Shown: positions 1 through 11,409 of the stretch, one piece after another
Layout: each line of letters opens with the position of its first letter
How positions within the stretch are numbered: position 1 is the stretch's first letter
NCBI GenBank assembly: GCA_035268405.1
Contig: DATFKW010000091.1
Coordinates: forward strand, 1-50,840
DNA length: 50,840 nucleotides
From: Gammaproteobacteria bacterium
Lineage (GTDB): Bacteria > Pseudomonadota > Gammaproteobacteria > Steroidobacterales > XN24
Direction: 5' to 3'
Made by a program: the position numbers and the translations under genes
The notes under the pieces: generated by a model
The model's input: the letters and a program-made list of their open reading frames with translations, nothing else
Databases searched by the model: none
What the model was told of the DNA's origin: nothing

Positions 1-1
1 G

Positions 2-142
<141 letters not shown>

Positions 143-172
143 GGCCCGCTCGGGCTCACTGGACTGAAGACC

Positions 173-484
173 ATGGCTAACCAGAACATCCGCATCCGCC
201 TCAAGTCCTTCGACCACCGGTTGATCGACACCTCGGCCAAGGAGATCGTCGAGACCGCGCGCCGCACCGGCGCGCAGGTCCGCGGCCCGATCCCCCTGCC
301 GAGCAAGACGGAGCGTTTCACCGTCCTGGTCTCTCCGCACGTCAACAAGGACGCGCGCGACCAGTACGAGCTCATCACGCACAAGCGCTTGATGGATATC
401 CTCGATCCCACGGACAAGACCGTGGACGCCCTGATGAAGCTGGAGCTTCCCGCGGGCGTGGATGTGCAGATCAAGCTGAATTAG
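173..484 (+). CDS. rpsJ: 30S ribosomal protein S10
   Basis: [16 protein letters not shown]...GPIPLP...[13 protein letters not shown]. Confidence 0.99.
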   Translation: MANQNIRIRLKSFDHRLIDTSAKEIVETARRTGAQVRGPIPLPSKTERFTVLVSPHVNKDARDQYELITHKRLMDILDPTDKTVDALMKLELPAGVDVQIKLN

Positions 485-487
485 CGG

Positions 488-516
488 TTGAACCCGCCGG
501 GTACCCCGCGTATAGT
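488..516 (+). promoter_or_regulatory. Putative sigma70 promoter upstream of rplC
   Basis: TTGAAC (488-493), 17-bp spacer, TATAGT (511-516) in the 216-bp rpsJ-rplC gap. Confidence 0.75.
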
Positions 517-528
517 AGCGGGCTCCCT

Positions 529-679
529 GCGGCCCGGTGCGAATTTGCTCGCGCCGGGCCGCTGATTTCACGGCGCCACGGCGCCTGCTTCCGCCTTCGC
601 AATGGTTTGGCCCGGGGTTCGGGCGCCGGCGAAGGCGGTTCTGAACCAAGCTGCAGCGCTGGCCAATCGAAGTCGGCGC
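529..679 (+). promoter_or_regulatory. Structured 5' leader of rplC (candidate r-protein leader)
   Basis: Hairpin 529-562 (14 bp, one G-U); perfect 10-bp pairing 591-600/629-638; hairpin 656-679 with loop CAATCGAA just before the RBS. Confidence 0.55.
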
Positions 680-700
680 GGTGATAGAGGAACAGACAAG

Positions 701-1348
701 ATGGCAATCGGTCTGGTGGGCCGCAAGTGCGGCATGACCCGCGTGTTCACGGAAGACGGCGCCTCGGTGCCGGTGACCGTGATCGAGGCGTTGCCCAACA
801 GGGTGGCGCAGGTCAAGACGGAAGAGACGGACGGTTATCGCGCCGTGCAGGTCACCCTGGGCAGCCGCAAGCCTTCGCGCGTGGCGAAGGCCCAGGCCGG
901 CCATTACGCGCGCGCCGGGATCGAGGCCGGCGAGGGGCTCTGGGAGTTTCGCCTGGGCCCCGACGAGGGCGCGGAACTCGCCCCTGGCGCCGAGATCAAG
1001 GTTGACGCCTTCGCCGACGGCCAGGTGGTCGACGTCTCCGGCGTGACCATCGGCAAGGGCTTTGCCGGCACCGTCAAGCGCCATGGCTTCCGCATGCAGG
1101 ACGCCACGCACGGCAATTCCGTGTCCCATCGCGCGCCGGGCTCCATCGGCCAGAACCAGACGCCGGGTCGCGTCTTCAAGGGCAAGAAGATGTCGGGCCA
1201 CATGGGCGCCGTCACTTCCACCGCCCAGAACCTGACCGTGGTCCGCGTCGACGCGGACCGGAACCTCCTCCTGGTCAAGGGCGCCGTTCCGGGTTCGCGC
1301 GGTGGCCGCGTGTTCATCCGGCCGGCTGTCAAGGCGCGGGGTCAATAA
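701..1348 (+). CDS. rplC: 50S ribosomal protein L3
   Basis: [20 protein letters not shown]...[27 protein letters not shown]; start moved to ATG 701 after GAGG. Confidence 0.99.
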   Translation: MAIGLVGRKCGMTRVFTEDGASVPVTVIEALPNRVAQVKTEETDGYRAVQVTLGSRKPSRVAKAQAGHYARAGIEAGEGLWEFRLGPDEGAELAPGAEIKVDAFADGQVVDVSGVTIGKGFAGTVKRHGFRMQDATHGNSVSHRAPGSIGQNQTPGRVFKGKKMSGHMGAVTSTAQNLTVVRVDADRNLLLVKGAVPGSRGGRVFIRPAVKARGQ

Positions 1349-1350
1349 GC

Positions 1351-1965
1351 ATGTCCATGAAGTTGCAGATGCACGGCGCCGCCGACAAGGACCTCCAGGT
1401 TTCGGAGCTGGCCTTCGGCAAGGAATTCAACGAGGCGCTGGTGCACCAGGTGGTCACCGCCTACATGGCGGCCGGCCGTTCCGGCACCAAGGCGCAGAAG
1501 ACGCGCTCGGAAGTTTCCGGCGGCGGCATCAAGCCCTGGCGCCAGAAAGGCACCGGCCGCGCCCGCGCCGGCACCATCCGCAGTCCCGTGTGGGTCGGCG
1601 GCGGCCGCGCCTTCGCCGCGAAGCCGCGCAGCTTCGAGCAGAAGGTCAACCGCAAGATGTACCGCGGCGCGATGCGCTCGCTGCTGTCGGAGCTGATCCG
1701 CCAGAAGCGCCTGATCGTGGTCGAGTCGCTGGAGCTCGCCGAGCCGAAGACGCGGCTGTTCGTCGAGCAGATGAAGGGACTGGGCGTTCCCAGCGGCCTG
1801 TTCGTCATCGAGGCCTTCGAGGAGAAGCTCTGGCTGGCGGCGCGCAACCTGCCGCATGTCGAGCTGCTCGAGGCGTCCGCGCTGGATCCCGTCAGCCTGC
1901 TGCGCCACGACCACGTCGTGATGACCGTGGCGGCGCTGCGCCGTGTCGAGGAGAAGCTGGCATGA
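1351..1965 (+). CDS. rplD: 50S ribosomal protein L4
   Basis: [30 protein letters not shown]. Confidence 0.99.
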   Translation: MSMKLQMHGAADKDLQVSELAFGKEFNEALVHQVVTAYMAAGRSGTKAQKTRSEVSGGGIKPWRQKGTGRARAGTIRSPVWVGGGRAFAAKPRSFEQKVNRKMYRGAMRSLLSELIRQKRLIVVESLELAEPKTRLFVEQMKGLGVPSGLFVIEAFEEKLWLAARNLPHVELLEASALDPVSLLRHDHVVMTVAALRRVEEKLA

Positions 1966-2258
1966 ACCAGGAACGCCTGATGACCGTGCTGCTCGAGCCG
2001 CACGTTTCGGAGAAAGCCACCCTGGCCAACGAGCAGGGCAACCAGGTCGTCTTCAAGGTCCGTCGCGACGCCAGCAAGGCGGAGATCGGCAAGGCCGTGG
2101 AGATGATGTTCGAGGTCAAGGTGGAGGCCGTCCAGGTCGCCCTGGTCAAGGGCAAGATCAAGCGTTTCGGCTCGGCCCTGGGCCGGCGTCCGGACTGGAA
2201 AAAGGCATATGTGCGCCTCGCGCCGGGCCAGGACATCGATTTCCTGGGCGGCGAGTAG
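1962..2258 (+). CDS. rplW: 50S ribosomal protein L23
   Basis: [19 protein letters not shown]...[16 protein letters not shown]; ATGA overlap with rplD. Confidence 0.98.
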   Translation: MNQERLMTVLLEPHVSEKATLANEQGNQVVFKVRRDASKAEIGKAVEMMFEVKVEAVQVALVKGKIKRFGSALGRRPDWKKAYVRLAPGQDIDFLGGE

Positions 2259-2288
2259 CCCGGCCGCTCAAGAGCAGGACTGAGACAC

Positions 2289-3113
2289 ATGGCAGTTAAA
2301 AAAGCAAAACCGACTTCCGCTGGGCGCCGCTTCGTCGTCGAGGTGAAGACGCCGGGGCTGCACAAGGGCGAGCCCTACGGGCCGCTGCTGGCCAAGAAGC
2401 ATCGCACCGGCGCGCGCAACAACGCCGGCCGGATCACCGTGCGCCACCAGGGCGGCGGTCACAAGCAGCGCTACCGGGTGGTGGATTTCCGCCGCGACAA
2501 GGACGGCATTCCGGCGCGCGTGGAGCGTCTCGAGTACGACCCGAACCGCAGCGCGCATCTCGCCCTGCTGCTGTACGCGGACGGCGAGCGTCGCTACATC
2601 ATCGCCGCCAGGGGCCTGAAGGACGGCGACCCCCTGATGTCCGGGCCCGAGGCCCCGATCAAGGCGGGCAACGCGCTGCCGCTGAAGAACATACCGGTGG
2701 GCTCGACGGTGCACTGCGTGGAGATGAAGCCAGGCAAGGGCGCGCAGCTCGCGCGCAGCGCCGGCGCCTCGGTGATGATCGCGGCGCGCGAGGGCATCTA
2801 CGCCACGCTGCGGCTGCGCTCCGGCGAGACGCGCAAGGTGCACGCGGACTGTCGCGCCACCGTTGGCGAGGTCGGCAACGGCGAGCACTCGCTGCGCAAG
2901 CTCGGCAAGGCCGGCGCGAGCCGCTGGCGCGGCGTGCGCCCGACGGTGCGCGGCACCGTGATGAACCCGGTTGACCACCCGCACGGCGGTGGCGAGGGCC
3001 GGAACTTCGGCGTCCATCCCACGACCCCGTGGGGTGTGCCGACCAAGGGATACAAGACCCGCAAGAACAAGCGCACGGACGGCATGATTGTCCGTCGTCG
3101 CGGCCGCAAGTAA
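2289..3113 (+). CDS. rplB: 50S ribosomal protein L2
   Basis: [27 protein letters not shown]. Confidence 0.99.
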   Translation: MAVKKAKPTSAGRRFVVEVKTPGLHKGEPYGPLLAKKHRTGARNNAGRITVRHQGGGHKQRYRVVDFRRDKDGIPARVERLEYDPNRSAHLALLLYADGERRYIIAARGLKDGDPLMSGPEAPIKAGNALPLKNIPVGSTVHCVEMKPGKGAQLARSAGASVMIAAREGIYATLRLRSGETRKVHADCRATVGEVGNGEHSLRKLGKAGASRWRGVRPTVRGTVMNPVDHPHGGGEGRNFGVHPTTPWGVPTKGYKTRKNKRTDGMIVRRRGRK

Positions 3114-3134
3114 GGGAACGGAGAGGTAATAGCA

Positions 3135-3407
3135 GTGCCACGTTCGGTTAAGAAGGGACCTTTCGTCGATGCCCAGCTCCTGAAGAAGGCGCGGGCGGCG
3201 CAGGACAGGAACGATCGCAGGCCGATCAAGACCTGGTCGCGCCGTTCGATGATCGTCCCGAACATGGTGGGACTGACGATTGCCGTGCACAACGGCCGTC
3301 AGCACGTGCCGGTGCTCGTGTCGGAGAACATGGTCGGGCACAAGCTGGGCGAATTCGCGCAGACCCGCACGTTCAAGAGCCACTCCGGCGACCGGAAGTC
3401 GAAGTAG
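3135..3407 (+). CDS. rpsS: 30S ribosomal protein S19
   Basis: [11 protein letters not shown]...IKTWSRRS...GHKLGEFA; GTG start. Confidence 0.99.
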   Translation: MPRSVKKGPFVDAQLLKKARAAQDRNDRRPIKTWSRRSMIVPNMVGLTIAVHNGRQHVPVLVSENMVGHKLGEFAQTRTFKSHSGDRKSK

Positions 3408-3418
3408 GAGTTATAGCG

Positions 3419-3751
3419 ATGCAGGTAGCAGCCAGGCTTCGGTACGCCAGGATCTCGCCGCAGAAATGCCGGCTGGTCGCGGACATGGTCCGCGGCAAGC
3501 CCGTCGGCATGGCGCTGCAGACGCTGGAGTACACGCCCAAGAAAGCGGCGCGGATCGTGAAGAAGGTGCTCGAGTCGGCCATTGCGAACGCCGAGCACAA
3601 CCACGGCGCGGACATCGACGAGCTCAAGGTTTCGACGATCATGGTCGACGAGGCGCCGACCTTCAAGCGTTTCGAGGCGCGCGCCAAGGGGCGCGGCAAC
3701 CGCATCATCAAGCGCAACAGTCACATCACCATCCAGGTGGCGGACGAGTAG
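3419..3751 (+). CDS. rplV: 50S ribosomal protein L22
   Basis: [17 protein letters not shown]...SAIANAEHN. Confidence 0.99.
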   Translation: MQVAARLRYARISPQKCRLVADMVRGKPVGMALQTLEYTPKKAARIVKKVLESAIANAEHNHGADIDELKVSTIMVDEAPTFKRFEARAKGRGNRIIKRNSHITIQVADE

Positions 3752-3766
3752 CACGGGAAGTTATTC

Positions 3767-4441
3767 ATGGGTCAAAAAGTACATCCTGTTGGCATTCGGC
3801 TCGGCATCACCCGGGAGTGGGACTCCCGCTGGTTCGCCGACACGAAGAACTTCCCCGAGTACCTGCACACGGATTCGAAGATCCGGGGCATGCTGCACAA
3901 GCGCCTCTCGCAGGCCTCCGTCAGCCGCATCCAGATCGAGCGTCCCGCCCGCAAGGCCCACATCACGATCCATACGGCGCGGCCGGGTATCGTGATCGGC
4001 AAGAAGGGCGAGGATATCGAGAAGCTGCGCGCCGACGTGGCGCGCATGCTGGAGCTGCCGATCGGCGACGTGCGCATCAACATCGCGGAGATTCGCAAGC
4101 CGGAACTGGACGCGCAGCTGGTGGCCGAGGGCATCGCGCAGCAGCTGGAGCGACGCGTGATGTTCCGCCGCGCCATGAAGCGCGCCGTGACCAACACCAT
4201 GCGCCTGGGCGCGCAGGGCGTGAAGATCAAGGTGGGCGGCCGCCTGAACGGCGCCGAGATCGCCCGCTCGGAGTGGTATCGCGAGGGCCGCGTGCCCCTG
4301 CACACCTTCCGCGCGGACATCGATTACGGCTTTGCCGAGGCGAAGACCACCTACGGGATCATCGGCGTGAAGGTCTGGATCTTCAAGGGCGAGATCATCG
4401 AGAAGGCGCCGGTCGTGACCGCTGAAGCGGCGGCCAGCTAG
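3767..4441 (+). CDS. rpsC: 30S ribosomal protein S3
   Basis: [13 protein letters not shown]...[12 protein letters not shown]...GRVPLHT. Confidence 0.99.
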   Translation: MGQKVHPVGIRLGITREWDSRWFADTKNFPEYLHTDSKIRGMLHKRLSQASVSRIQIERPARKAHITIHTARPGIVIGKKGEDIEKLRADVARMLELPIGDVRINIAEIRKPELDAQLVAEGIAQQLERRVMFRRAMKRAVTNTMRLGAQGVKIKVGGRLNGAEIARSEWYREGRVPLHTFRADIDYGFAEAKTTYGIIGVKVWIFKGEIIEKAPVVTAEAAAS

Positions 4442-4452
4442 GAGTTACCGGG

Positions 4453-4866
4453 ATGCTGCAACCGAAGCGCACCAAGTTCAGGAAACAGTTCAAGGGCAAG
4501 AACCGCGGACTCGCGCATCGTGGCGCGAACGTGTCTTTCGGCGAGTTCGGGCTCAAGGCCACCACTCGCGGCCGGCTGACGGCGCGCCAGATCGAGGCCG
4601 CGCGGCGTGCCATGACGCGCCACGTGAAGCGCGGCGGCAAGATCTGGATCCGGGTGTTCCCGGACAAGCCGATCACCGCCAAGCCGATCGAGGTCCGCAT
4701 GGGCAAGGGCAAGGGCAACGTCGAGTACTGGGTCGCCGAGATCAAGCCGGGCCGCGTGCTCTACGAGATGGAAGGCGTGTCCGAGGAAATCGCGCGCGAG
4801 GCGTTCCGGCTGGCGGCCTCCAAGCTGCCCTTCGGCACCACCTTCGTGTCCAGGCAGGTGATGTGA
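4453..4866 (+). CDS. rplP: 50S ribosomal protein L16
   Basis: [11 protein letters not shown]...EVRMGKGKG. Confidence 0.99.
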   Translation: MLQPKRTKFRKQFKGKNRGLAHRGANVSFGEFGLKATTRGRLTARQIEAARRAMTRHVKRGGKIWIRVFPDKPITAKPIEVRMGKGKGNVEYWVAEIKPGRVLYEMEGVSEEIAREAFRLAASKLPFGTTFVSRQVM

Positions 4867-5075
4867 TGGAAGCCAAGGAAATGCGGGGCAAGACCGAGGC
4901 GGAGCTGAAGGAAGAGCTGCTGACGCTCCGTCGCGAGCAGTTCAACCTGCGGATGCAGCGGGCGACCGGGCAGATGGCCAGGCCCGACCAGTTCTCCAAG
5001 GTCCGCAAGGACATCGCGCGGCTGAAGACCGTGCTGGCCGAAAAGACGCGCAGCGAAGCAAAGGATAAGGCGTGA
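4866..5075 (+). CDS. rpmC: 50S ribosomal protein L29
   Basis: [16 protein letters not shown]...[11 protein letters not shown]. Confidence 0.98.
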   Translation: MEAKEMRGKTEAELKEELLTLRREQFNLRMQRATGQMARPDQFSKVRKDIARLKTVLAEKTRSEAKDKA

Positions 5076-5353
5076 TGAGCGAGACCATCGAGAAGACGGG
5101 CCAGCGCGTCCGTACCCTGACCGGCCGGGTCGTCAGCGACGGCATGGACAAGACGGTCTCCGTGTCGGTGGAGCGTCGCGTCAAGCACCCGGTGTATGGC
5201 AAGTACATCCGCCGCACCTCCAAGGTGCTGGCGCACGACGAGAACAACGAATGCCGTGTCGGCGACACGGTGAGCATCGCCGAGGTCCGGCCCCTGTCCA
5301 AGCGCAAGGCCTGGCAGATGGTCAAGATCATCGAGCGGCTCCCCGAGCGCTGA
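5075..5353 (+). CDS. rpsQ: 30S ribosomal protein S17
   Basis: [14 protein letters not shown]...[11 protein letters not shown]...AHDENN. Confidence 0.98.
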   Translation: MSETIEKTGQRVRTLTGRVVSDGMDKTVSVSVERRVKHPVYGKYIRRTSKVLAHDENNECRVGDTVSIAEVRPLSKRKAWQMVKIIERLPER

Positions 5354-5385
5354 GTGACATCGGGAAGTATTAAGAGAGTGCAGTC

Positions 5386-5754
5386 ATGATCCAGATGCAG
5401 ACCGTTCTGACGGTGGCGGACAACAGCGGGGCGCGGCGCGTCCAGTGCATCAAGGTGCTGGGCGGTTCCAAGCGCCGCTACGCCGGCGTGGGGGACATCA
5501 TCAAGGTGAGCGTCCGAGACGCGATCCCGCGCGGCAAGGTCAAGAAAGGCGAAGTCTACAACGCCGTCGTGGTGCGGACCCGCAAGGGCGTGCGGCGTCC
5601 CGACGGCTCGCTGATCCGCTTCGACGGCAACGCGGCCGTCCTGCTGACCGGCAAGCTGGAGCCCATCGGCACGCGTATTTTCGGGCCCGTGACGCGCGAG
5701 CTGCGTACCGGGAACTTCATGAAGATCATCTCGCTCGCGCCTGAAGTGATCTAG
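5386..5754 (+). CDS. rplN: 50S ribosomal protein L14
   Basis: [18 protein letters not shown]...KIISLAPEV. Confidence 0.99.
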   Translation: MIQMQTVLTVADNSGARRVQCIKVLGGSKRRYAGVGDIIKVSVRDAIPRGKVKKGEVYNAVVVRTRKGVRRPDGSLIRFDGNAAVLLTGKLEPIGTRIFGPVTRELRTGNFMKIISLAPEVI

Positions 5755-5771
5755 GCGCCGGGGAGCCAAGA

Positions 5772-6089
5772 ATGAACAGGATCAAGAAAGGCGACGAAGT
5801 CATCGTCATCGCGGGCCGCGACAAGGGCCGGCGCGGAACGGTGCTGAAGGTCTACGAGGACGAGCGCGTGCTCGTCGAGAACGTGAACGTCGTCAAAAAG
5901 CACGAGCGTCCCAACCCGCAGCGCGGCGTGGCGGGCGGCATCATCGAGAAAGAGATGCCGATGCACGCCTGCAAGGTGATGTTGTGGAACCCCGTCGCCA
6001 AGAAGGGCGACCGGGTGGGCGTCCGCACCCTGCAGGACGGCAAGAGGGTGCGTTACTTCAAGTCGAACAACGAGGTCGTGGACGTCTGA
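5772..6089 (+). CDS. rplX: 50S ribosomal protein L24
   Basis: IKKGDEVIVIAGRDKGRRG (KOW motif). Confidence 0.99.
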   Translation: MNRIKKGDEVIVIAGRDKGRRGTVLKVYEDERVLVENVNVVKKHERPNPQRGVAGGIIEKEMPMHACKVMLWNPVAKKGDRVGVRTLQDGKRVRYFKSNNEVVDV

Positions 6090-6106
6090 CGGCGTCCGGG
6101 TGAAAC

Positions 6107-6646
6107 ATGGCCAGGCTTAAAGAAAATTACGAGCAGAAACTCACCCCCGCGCTGATGGAGCGGCTGGGGCTGAAGAACGTCATGGAAGTGCCGCGGATCG
6201 CCAAGATCACGGTCAACATGGGCGTGGGCGAGGCGGTGGCCGACAAGAAAATCGTCGACAACGCCGTCAAGGACATGGAGGCGATCACCGGCCAGAAGGC
6301 CGTGATCACCAAGGCCCGCAAGTCCGTGGCCGCGTTCAAGGTGCGCGACGGCATGCCCATCGGCTGCAAGGTGACCCTGCGCCGCGAGCGCATGTACGAG
6401 TTTCTCGACAGGCTGATCAACATCGCGATCCCGCGCGTGCGGGATTTCCGCGGCCTGTCGCTGAAGTCTTTCGACGGCCAGGGCAACTACAGCCTGGGCG
6501 TCAAGGAGCAGATCATTTTTCCCGAGATCGACTACGACAAGGTCGACGCGATCCGGGGCATGGACATCACGATTACGACGACGGCGAAAGACGACACGTC
6601 GGGCAGGGCACTGCTCGAGGCGTTCGAATTCCCGTTCCGGAAGTAG
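6107..6646 (+). CDS. rplE: 50S ribosomal protein L5
   Basis: PIGCKVTLR...IPRVRDFRG...SFDGQGNY. Confidence 0.99.
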   Translation: MARLKENYEQKLTPALMERLGLKNVMEVPRIAKITVNMGVGEAVADKKIVDNAVKDMEAITGQKAVITKARKSVAAFKVRDGMPIGCKVTLRRERMYEFLDRLINIAIPRVRDFRGLSLKSFDGQGNYSLGVKEQIIFPEIDYDKVDAIRGMDITITTTAKDDTSGRALLEAFEFPFRK

Positions 6647-6660
6647 AGGACCGCAAGCCT

Positions 6661-6966
6661 ATGGCCAAGAAATCCATGATCATGCGCGAGCGCCGCCGCG
6701 AGAAGCTGGTGGCGAAGTACGCCGACCGGCGCGCGAAGCTCAAGGCGATCATCGTAGACCCGATGACCAGCGACGAGGAGCGGCTGGAAGCCGTGGCCAG
6801 GCTGGCCGCGCTGCCGCGCGACGCCAGTCCGACGCGGATGCGGAATCGCTGCGCGATCACGGGGCGCCCCAGGGGCTATTACCGGAAGTTCGGGCTGGCG
6901 CGCAACAAGCTGCGCGAGGCCACCATGAACGGCGAAATTCCCGGCCTGCGCAAGGCCAGCTGGTAA
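6661..6966 (+). CDS. rpsN: 30S ribosomal protein S14 (101-aa, zinc-free type)
   Basis: MAKKSM...[12 protein letters not shown]...IPGLRKASW. Confidence 0.99.
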   Translation: MAKKSMIMRERRREKLVAKYADRRAKLKAIIVDPMTSDEERLEAVARLAALPRDASPTRMRNRCAITGRPRGYYRKFGLARNKLREATMNGEIPGLRKASW

Positions 6967-6990
6967 GTCGGCGAGAGACAGGATTCTGAA

Positions 6991-7389
6991 ATGAGCATGA
7001 CCGACCCTATCGCGGACCTGCTGACGCGGATTCGCAACGGCCAGAAGGCGGGCAAGACGCAGGTGCGTGCGCCGTCCTCGGGCATCAAGAAGGCCATCCT
7101 GGAGGTGCTCCGGGACGAGGGCTACATCGAGGGTTTCGCCAGCGAGGGGACCGGCAAGGGCAAGGAAGACCTGGTCATCACGCTGCGCTACCACGATGGC
7201 GAGCCAGTCATCGACAACCTGCAGCGGGTCAGCAAGCCCGGCCGCAGGGTGTACACGGGCAAGGAAGACCTGCCCACGGTTTTCGGCGGCCTCGGCGTGG
7301 CGATCGTGTCGACGTCCGACGGCCTCATGAGCGACCGCCAGGCGCGTGCCAAGGGCCGCGGCGGCGAAGTCATCTGCGTTGTGTCCTGA
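6991..7389 (+). CDS. rpsH: 30S ribosomal protein S8
   Basis: [14 protein letters not shown]...[10 protein letters not shown]...GGEVIC. Confidence 0.99.
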   Translation: MSMTDPIADLLTRIRNGQKAGKTQVRAPSSGIKKAILEVLRDEGYIEGFASEGTGKGKEDLVITLRYHDGEPVIDNLQRVSKPGRRVYTGKEDLPTVFGGLGVAIVSTSDGLMSDRQARAKGRGGEVICVVS

Positions 7390-7421
7390 CGGACCCAACC
7401 CACGAACTGCGAGATAGAACG

Positions 7422-7955
7422 ATGTCCAGAGTCGCCAAGGTGCCGGTCCAGCTGCCCAAGGGCGTCGAGTTCAAGCTCGACGGCCGGGTGGCCGTGCTCA
7501 AGGGTCCCAAGGGAGAGCTGTCCCTTGCGATCGACCCCTCGGTCGAGGTCGTGCAGGAAGAGAACGCGCTGCGGGTCAGCGTGCCCGGCTCCGCCAAGCC
7601 GTCCGGCCCGATGGCCGGTACGGTGCGCGCGCTGCTCGCCAACATGGCGCAGGGCGTGTCCGCCGGCTTCGAGAAGAAGCTCGAGCTGGTCGGGGTCGGC
7701 TACCGGGCGCAGGCGCAGGGCAAGGTGCTCAACCTGACGCTGGGTTTTTCCCATCCGGTGGCCTATCCGATTCCGGACGGCATCACGGTGGAAACGCCCA
7801 GCCAGACCGAAGTGGTGGTCAAGGGCATCGACCGCCAGAAAGTAGGCCAGGTGGCGGCGGACATCCGTCGCTACCGTCCGCCGGAGCCCTACAAGGGCAA
7901 GGGCGTGCGGTACTCGGATGAGCGCGTGGTCATGAAGGAAGCGAAGAAGAAGTAG
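7422..7955 (+). CDS. rplF: 50S ribosomal protein L6
   Basis: [13 protein letters not shown]. Confidence 0.99.
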   Translation: MSRVAKVPVQLPKGVEFKLDGRVAVLKGPKGELSLAIDPSVEVVQEENALRVSVPGSAKPSGPMAGTVRALLANMAQGVSAGFEKKLELVGVGYRAQAQGKVLNLTLGFSHPVAYPIPDGITVETPSQTEVVVKGIDRQKVGQVAADIRRYRPPEPYKGKGVRYSDERVVMKEAKKK

Positions 7956-7968
7956 GGCAGGGCGAGGC

Positions 7969-8322
7969 ATGGAAAAGAAAGTTTCACGCATCAGGCGCGC
8001 GCGCCGCGCCCGGTCCAAGATCCGGGAACTGGGATACAACCGTCTCAGCGTTCACCGCACGCCGCGTCACATCTACGCGCAGGTACTGTCGCCGGACGGC
8101 GGCAAGGTGCTTGCGGCGGCGTCGACGGTACAGAGCGCGGTGCGCGAGGGTATCGAGAAGACCGGCAACATCACAGCCGCCCAGGCCGTTGGCCGGGCGA
8201 TCGCCGAGGCGGCCAAGGCCGCGGGCGTGAGCCGGGTGGCATTCGACCGTTCGGGGTTCCGCTATCACGGCAGGGTCAAGGCCCTCGCCGATGCGGCCCG
8301 CGAGAACGGTTTGGAGTTCTAG
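7969..8322 (+). CDS. rplR: 50S ribosomal protein L18
   Basis: [26 protein letters not shown]. Confidence 0.99.
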   Translation: MEKKVSRIRRARRARSKIRELGYNRLSVHRTPRHIYAQVLSPDGGKVLAAASTVQSAVREGIEKTGNITAAQAVGRAIAEAAKAAGVSRVAFDRSGFRYHGRVKALADAARENGLEF

Positions 8323-8347
8323 GCAAACGCCCGGGGACAGTTGAATA

Positions 8348-8854
8348 ATGGCAGCACCAGATAGAAATTCCGCCGGCGACGACCTGCTCGAGAAGCTCGT
8401 CACCGTCAATCGCGTCGCCAAGGTCGTCAAGGGCGGCCGGCAGTTCGGCTTTACCGCGCTGACGGTGGTCGGCGACGGCGCCGGTCGCGTGGGTTACGGC
8501 TATGGCAAGGCGCGCGAAGTGCCCGTGGCCATCCAGAAGGCGATGCAGGCGGCCCGCAAGAACATGCGGCGCATCCAGCTGAAGAAAGAGACCCTGCAGT
8601 ACGCGACCGAGGGCTACCACGGCGCGACCAAGGTCTACATGCAGCCGGCCTCCGACGGTACGGGCGTGATCGCGGGCGGCGCCATGCGCGCGGTCTTCGA
8701 ATGCGCGGGCGTGCGCAACGTCCTGGCCAAGAGCTACGGCTCGCGCAATCCCATCAATGTCGTGCAGGCCACCATCAAGGGGCTGTCGGGCATCCGCTCC
8801 CCGGAGCAGATCGCGGCCAAGCGCGGCAAGTCGGTCGAAGAGATCCTGGGTTAG
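8348..8854 (+). CDS. rpsE: 30S ribosomal protein S5
   Basis: [12 protein letters not shown]...[11 protein letters not shown]. Confidence 0.99.
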   Translation: MAAPDRNSAGDDLLEKLVTVNRVAKVVKGGRQFGFTALTVVGDGAGRVGYGYGKAREVPVAIQKAMQAARKNMRRIQLKKETLQYATEGYHGATKVYMQPASDGTGVIAGGAMRAVFECAGVRNVLAKSYGSRNPINVVQATIKGLSGIRSPEQIAAKRGKSVEEILG

Positions 8855-8858
8855 AACG

Positions 8859-9059
8859 ATGGCTGAGAACAACGCAAACGACGGGCAGGTCCGCGTCAAG
8901 CTGGTGAAGAGCACCGCGGGTCGCAGCGCCAGGCACAAGGCCTGCGTGATCGGCCTGGGCCTGCGCCGGATCAACCACAGCGTGGTGGTGGCGAACACGC
9001 CCGAGAACCGCGGCATGATCAACAAGGTCTCGTACCTGTTGCAGGTAGAGGAAGTCTGA
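8859..9059 (+). CDS. rpmD: 50S ribosomal protein L30
   Basis: [30 protein letters not shown]; start moved to ATG 8859. Confidence 0.97.
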   Translation: MAENNANDGQVRVKLVKSTAGRSARHKACVIGLGLRRINHSVVVANTPENRGMINKVSYLLQVEEV

Positions 9060-9060
9060 A

Positions 9061-9492
9061 ATGCGCCTTAACGACATCAAGCCAGCAGAAGGCAGCCGCA
9101 AGGCGCCCAAGCGCCTGGGCCGCGGCCACTCCGCCGGCCAGGGCAAGACCAGCGGCCGCGGCGTCAAGGGCCAGCATGCCCGTTCCGGCGGCTACCACAA
9201 GGTCGGCTTCGAGGGTGGCCAGATGCCGCTGCAGCGGCGCCTCCCCAAGGTGGGTTTCGCCTCGCCGAAGAAGCGTTACAGCGACGAGCTGCGCCTGGAC
9301 GAACTGGCGAAGCTGGACGGGGAAGTGGACCTGCTGGCGCTGAAGACCGCCGGCCTGGTGGGCCAGGAGGTCAAGCGCGTCAAGGTCATCCTCTCCGGCA
9401 AGATCGACAAGGCCGTGACCGTGAAGGGGCTGGCTGTGACGGCCGGCGCACGCGCCGCCATCGAGGCGGCGGGCGGCAAGATCGAGGACTAG
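9061..9492 (+). CDS. rplO: 50S ribosomal protein L15
   Basis: [18 protein letters not shown]. Confidence 0.99.
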   Translation: MRLNDIKPAEGSRKAPKRLGRGHSAGQGKTSGRGVKGQHARSGGYHKVGFEGGQMPLQRRLPKVGFASPKKRYSDELRLDELAKLDGEVDLLALKTAGLVGQEVKRVKVILSGKIDKAVTVKGLAVTAGARAAIEAAGGKIED

Positions 9493-9493
9493 C

Positions 9494-10840
9494 GTGGCCA
9501 AGACCCCCACAAGCATGAATCCCGGTGCGGCGCTCGGCCAGGCCGCCCGCCTGGGCGACCTGCGGAAGAGGATATTCTTCCTGCTGGGCGCGCTGGTGGT
9601 CTACCGTATCGGCACCTTCATCCCGGTTCCGGGCATCGACCCGGCGGCGCTGGCCCGCTTCTTCCAGGAGCAGCAGGGCACCATCCTGAGCGTGTTCAAC
9701 ATGTTCTCGGGCGGCGCGCTGGAGCGCCTCTCGATTCTTGCCCTGGGCATCATGCCGTACATCTCCGCCTCCATCATCATGCAGATGATGAGCGTGGTGG
9801 TGCCCTCGCTGGCCGCCATCAAGAAGGAAGGCGAGGCCGGCCGCCGCAAGATCACCCAGTACACCCGCTACGGCACGCTGGGGCTGGCGAGCTTCCAGTC
9901 CATCGGCGCCGCGGTGGCCTTCCAGAACCAGGGCGTGGTGATCAACCCCGGCCCGCAGTTCGTGCTGATCGCCTGCGTCACCATGGTGACCGGCACCATG
10001 TTCCTCATGTGGCTGGGCGAGCAGGTCACCGAGCGGGGCATCGGCAACGGCATCTCCATGATCATCCTGGCCGGCATCGTCGCCGGCCTGCCGTCGGCGC
10101 TTGGCGGCACCCTGGAGCTGGTGCGCAACGGCGAAATGCCGGCGGCGCTGGCGCTGATACTGTTCTTCCTGGTGCTTGCCGTGACGGCCTTCGTGGCCTT
10201 CGTCGAGCGCGGCCAGCGGCGCATCGCGGTGAACTACGCGAAGCGGCAACAGGGCCGCAAGATGTACCAGGGCCAGACCACGCACCTGCCCTTCAAGCTG
10301 AACATGGCCGGCGTCATCCCGCCCATCTTCGCCAGCAGCCTGATCCTGTTCCCCGCGACGGTGGCGCAGTGGTTCGGCACCTCGGAGAGCATGGGCTGGC
10401 TGCAGATCATGGCGTCCAGCCTGTCGCCGGGCCAGCCGGTGTACACGCTGATCTACGCCGGCCTGATCATCTTCTTCTGCTTTTTCTACACCGCGCTGGT
10501 GTTCAACTCGCGCGAGACGGCCGACAACCTGAAGCGCTCCGGCGCGTTCATCCCGGGCATCCGCCCCGGCCAGCAGACGGCCGAGTACATCGACAGCGTG
10601 CTGACGCGCCTGACCTTCTGGGGCGCCATGTACATCACGCTGATCTGCCTGCTGCCGGAGTTCATGATCATGTACTGGAACGTGCCCTTCTATTTCGGCG
10701 GCACGTCCCTGCTGATCATCGTGGTCGTCAGCCTGGACTTCATGTCCCAGCTTCAGGCTCACATGATGAGCCACCAGTACGACGGCCTGTTGAAGAAGGC
10801 CAACCTGAAGGGTTACGGCCGCGCCGGGCAAGTCCGCTGA
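9494..10840 (+). CDS. secY: Preprotein translocase subunit SecY
   Basis: [44 protein letters not shown]; multiple TM segments. Confidence 0.99.
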   Translation: MAKTPTSMNPGAALGQAARLGDLRKRIFFLLGALVVYRIGTFIPVPGIDPAALARFFQEQQGTILSVFNMFSGGALERLSILALGIMPYISASIIMQMMSVVVPSLAAIKKEGEAGRRKITQYTRYGTLGLASFQSIGAAVAFQNQGVVINPGPQFVLIACVTMVTGTMFLMWLGEQVTERGIGNGISMIILAGIVAGLPSALGGTLELVRNGEMPAALALILFFLVLAVTAFVAFVERGQRRIAVNYAKRQQGRKMYQGQTTHLPFKLNMAGVIPPIFASSLILFPATVAQWFGTSESMGWLQIMASSLSPGQPVYTLIYAGLIIFFCFFYTALVFNSRETADNLKRSGAFIPGIRPGQQTAEYIDSVLTRLTFWGAMYITLICLLPEFMIMYWNVPFYFGGTSLLIIVVVSLDFMSQLQAHMMSHQYDGLLKKANLKGYGRAGQVR

Positions 10841-10864
10841 CCGGCGCGGAACCAGGAGAGAGCT

Positions 10865-10978
10865 ATGAAAGTGCGTGCATCGGTCAAGAAGATCTGCAGG
10901 AACTGCAAGATCATCCGCCGCGGCGGGGTCATCCGGGTGATTTGCTCGGATCCGCGCCACAAGCAGCGGCAAGGCTAA
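10865..10978 (+). CDS. rpmJ: 50S ribosomal protein L36 (zinc-binding type); absent from ORF track
   Basis: [37 protein letters not shown]; AGGAG upstream. Confidence 0.99.
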   Translation: MKVRASVKKICRNCKIIRRGGVIRVICSDPRHKQRQG

Positions 10979-10985
10979 ATAGACA

Positions 10986-11014
10986 TTGAAGGCGAACGCC
11001 GAATCAGGCACAAT
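10986..11014 (+). promoter_or_regulatory. Putative alpha-operon promoter
   Basis: TTGAAG (10986-10991), 17 bp, CACAAT (11009-11014) in the rpmJ-rpsM gap. Confidence 0.5.
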
Positions 11015-11049
11015 GTTCGGCTTCGCGTGAGCGACAGGAGACGGCGTTA

Positions 11050-11406
11050 ATGGCCCGTATTGCCGGGATCAACATCCCAGCCAACAAGCACACAGTGATC
11101 GCGCTGACCCATATTTTCGGGGTCGGCAATTCGCGTTCGAAGAAGATTTGCGAAGCCGCCGGCGTTGCGCCGGACACCAAGGTTCGCGACCTGACGGAAC
11201 CGGAGATCGAAAGCCTGCGTGCCGAAGTGGCCCGTATCTCGGTGGAGGGCGACCTGCGCCGCGAGAATTCCATGAACATCAAGCGATTGATGGACCTCGG
11301 CTGTTACCGGGGAATTCGTCATCGCCGCGGGCTGCCCCTGCGCGGGCAGCGCACGCGCACCAACGCACGGACGCGGAAGGGTCCGCGTCGTCCCGTGAGG
11401 AAGTAA
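11050..11406 (+). CDS. rpsM: 30S ribosomal protein S13
   Basis: [10 protein letters not shown]...[14 protein letters not shown]. Confidence 0.99.
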   Translation: MARIAGINIPANKHTVIALTHIFGVGNSRSKKICEAAGVAPDTKVRDLTEPEIESLRAEVARISVEGDLRRENSMNIKRLMDLGCYRGIRHRRGLPLRGQRTRTNARTRKGPRRPVRK

Positions 11407-11409
11407 CGC

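Noticed and set aside
602-700. N-terminal extension of L3 in the ORF track (similar extensions for rpoA, ggt, ssb, leuS, rng, tldD)
   Set aside because: Longest-ORF artefacts; downstream starts match the known N-termini and mostly have better RBSs
6080-6150. Small hairpins at the rplX-rplE junction as an S8 operator
   Set aside because: Short GC stems are expected by chance; the S8-binding internal loop could not be recognised by eye
6661-6966. Zinc-free S14 as a sign of zinc-starvation adaptation
   Set aside because: The 101-aa Cys-poor form is the normal proteobacterial S14, and L36 here is the zinc-binding type
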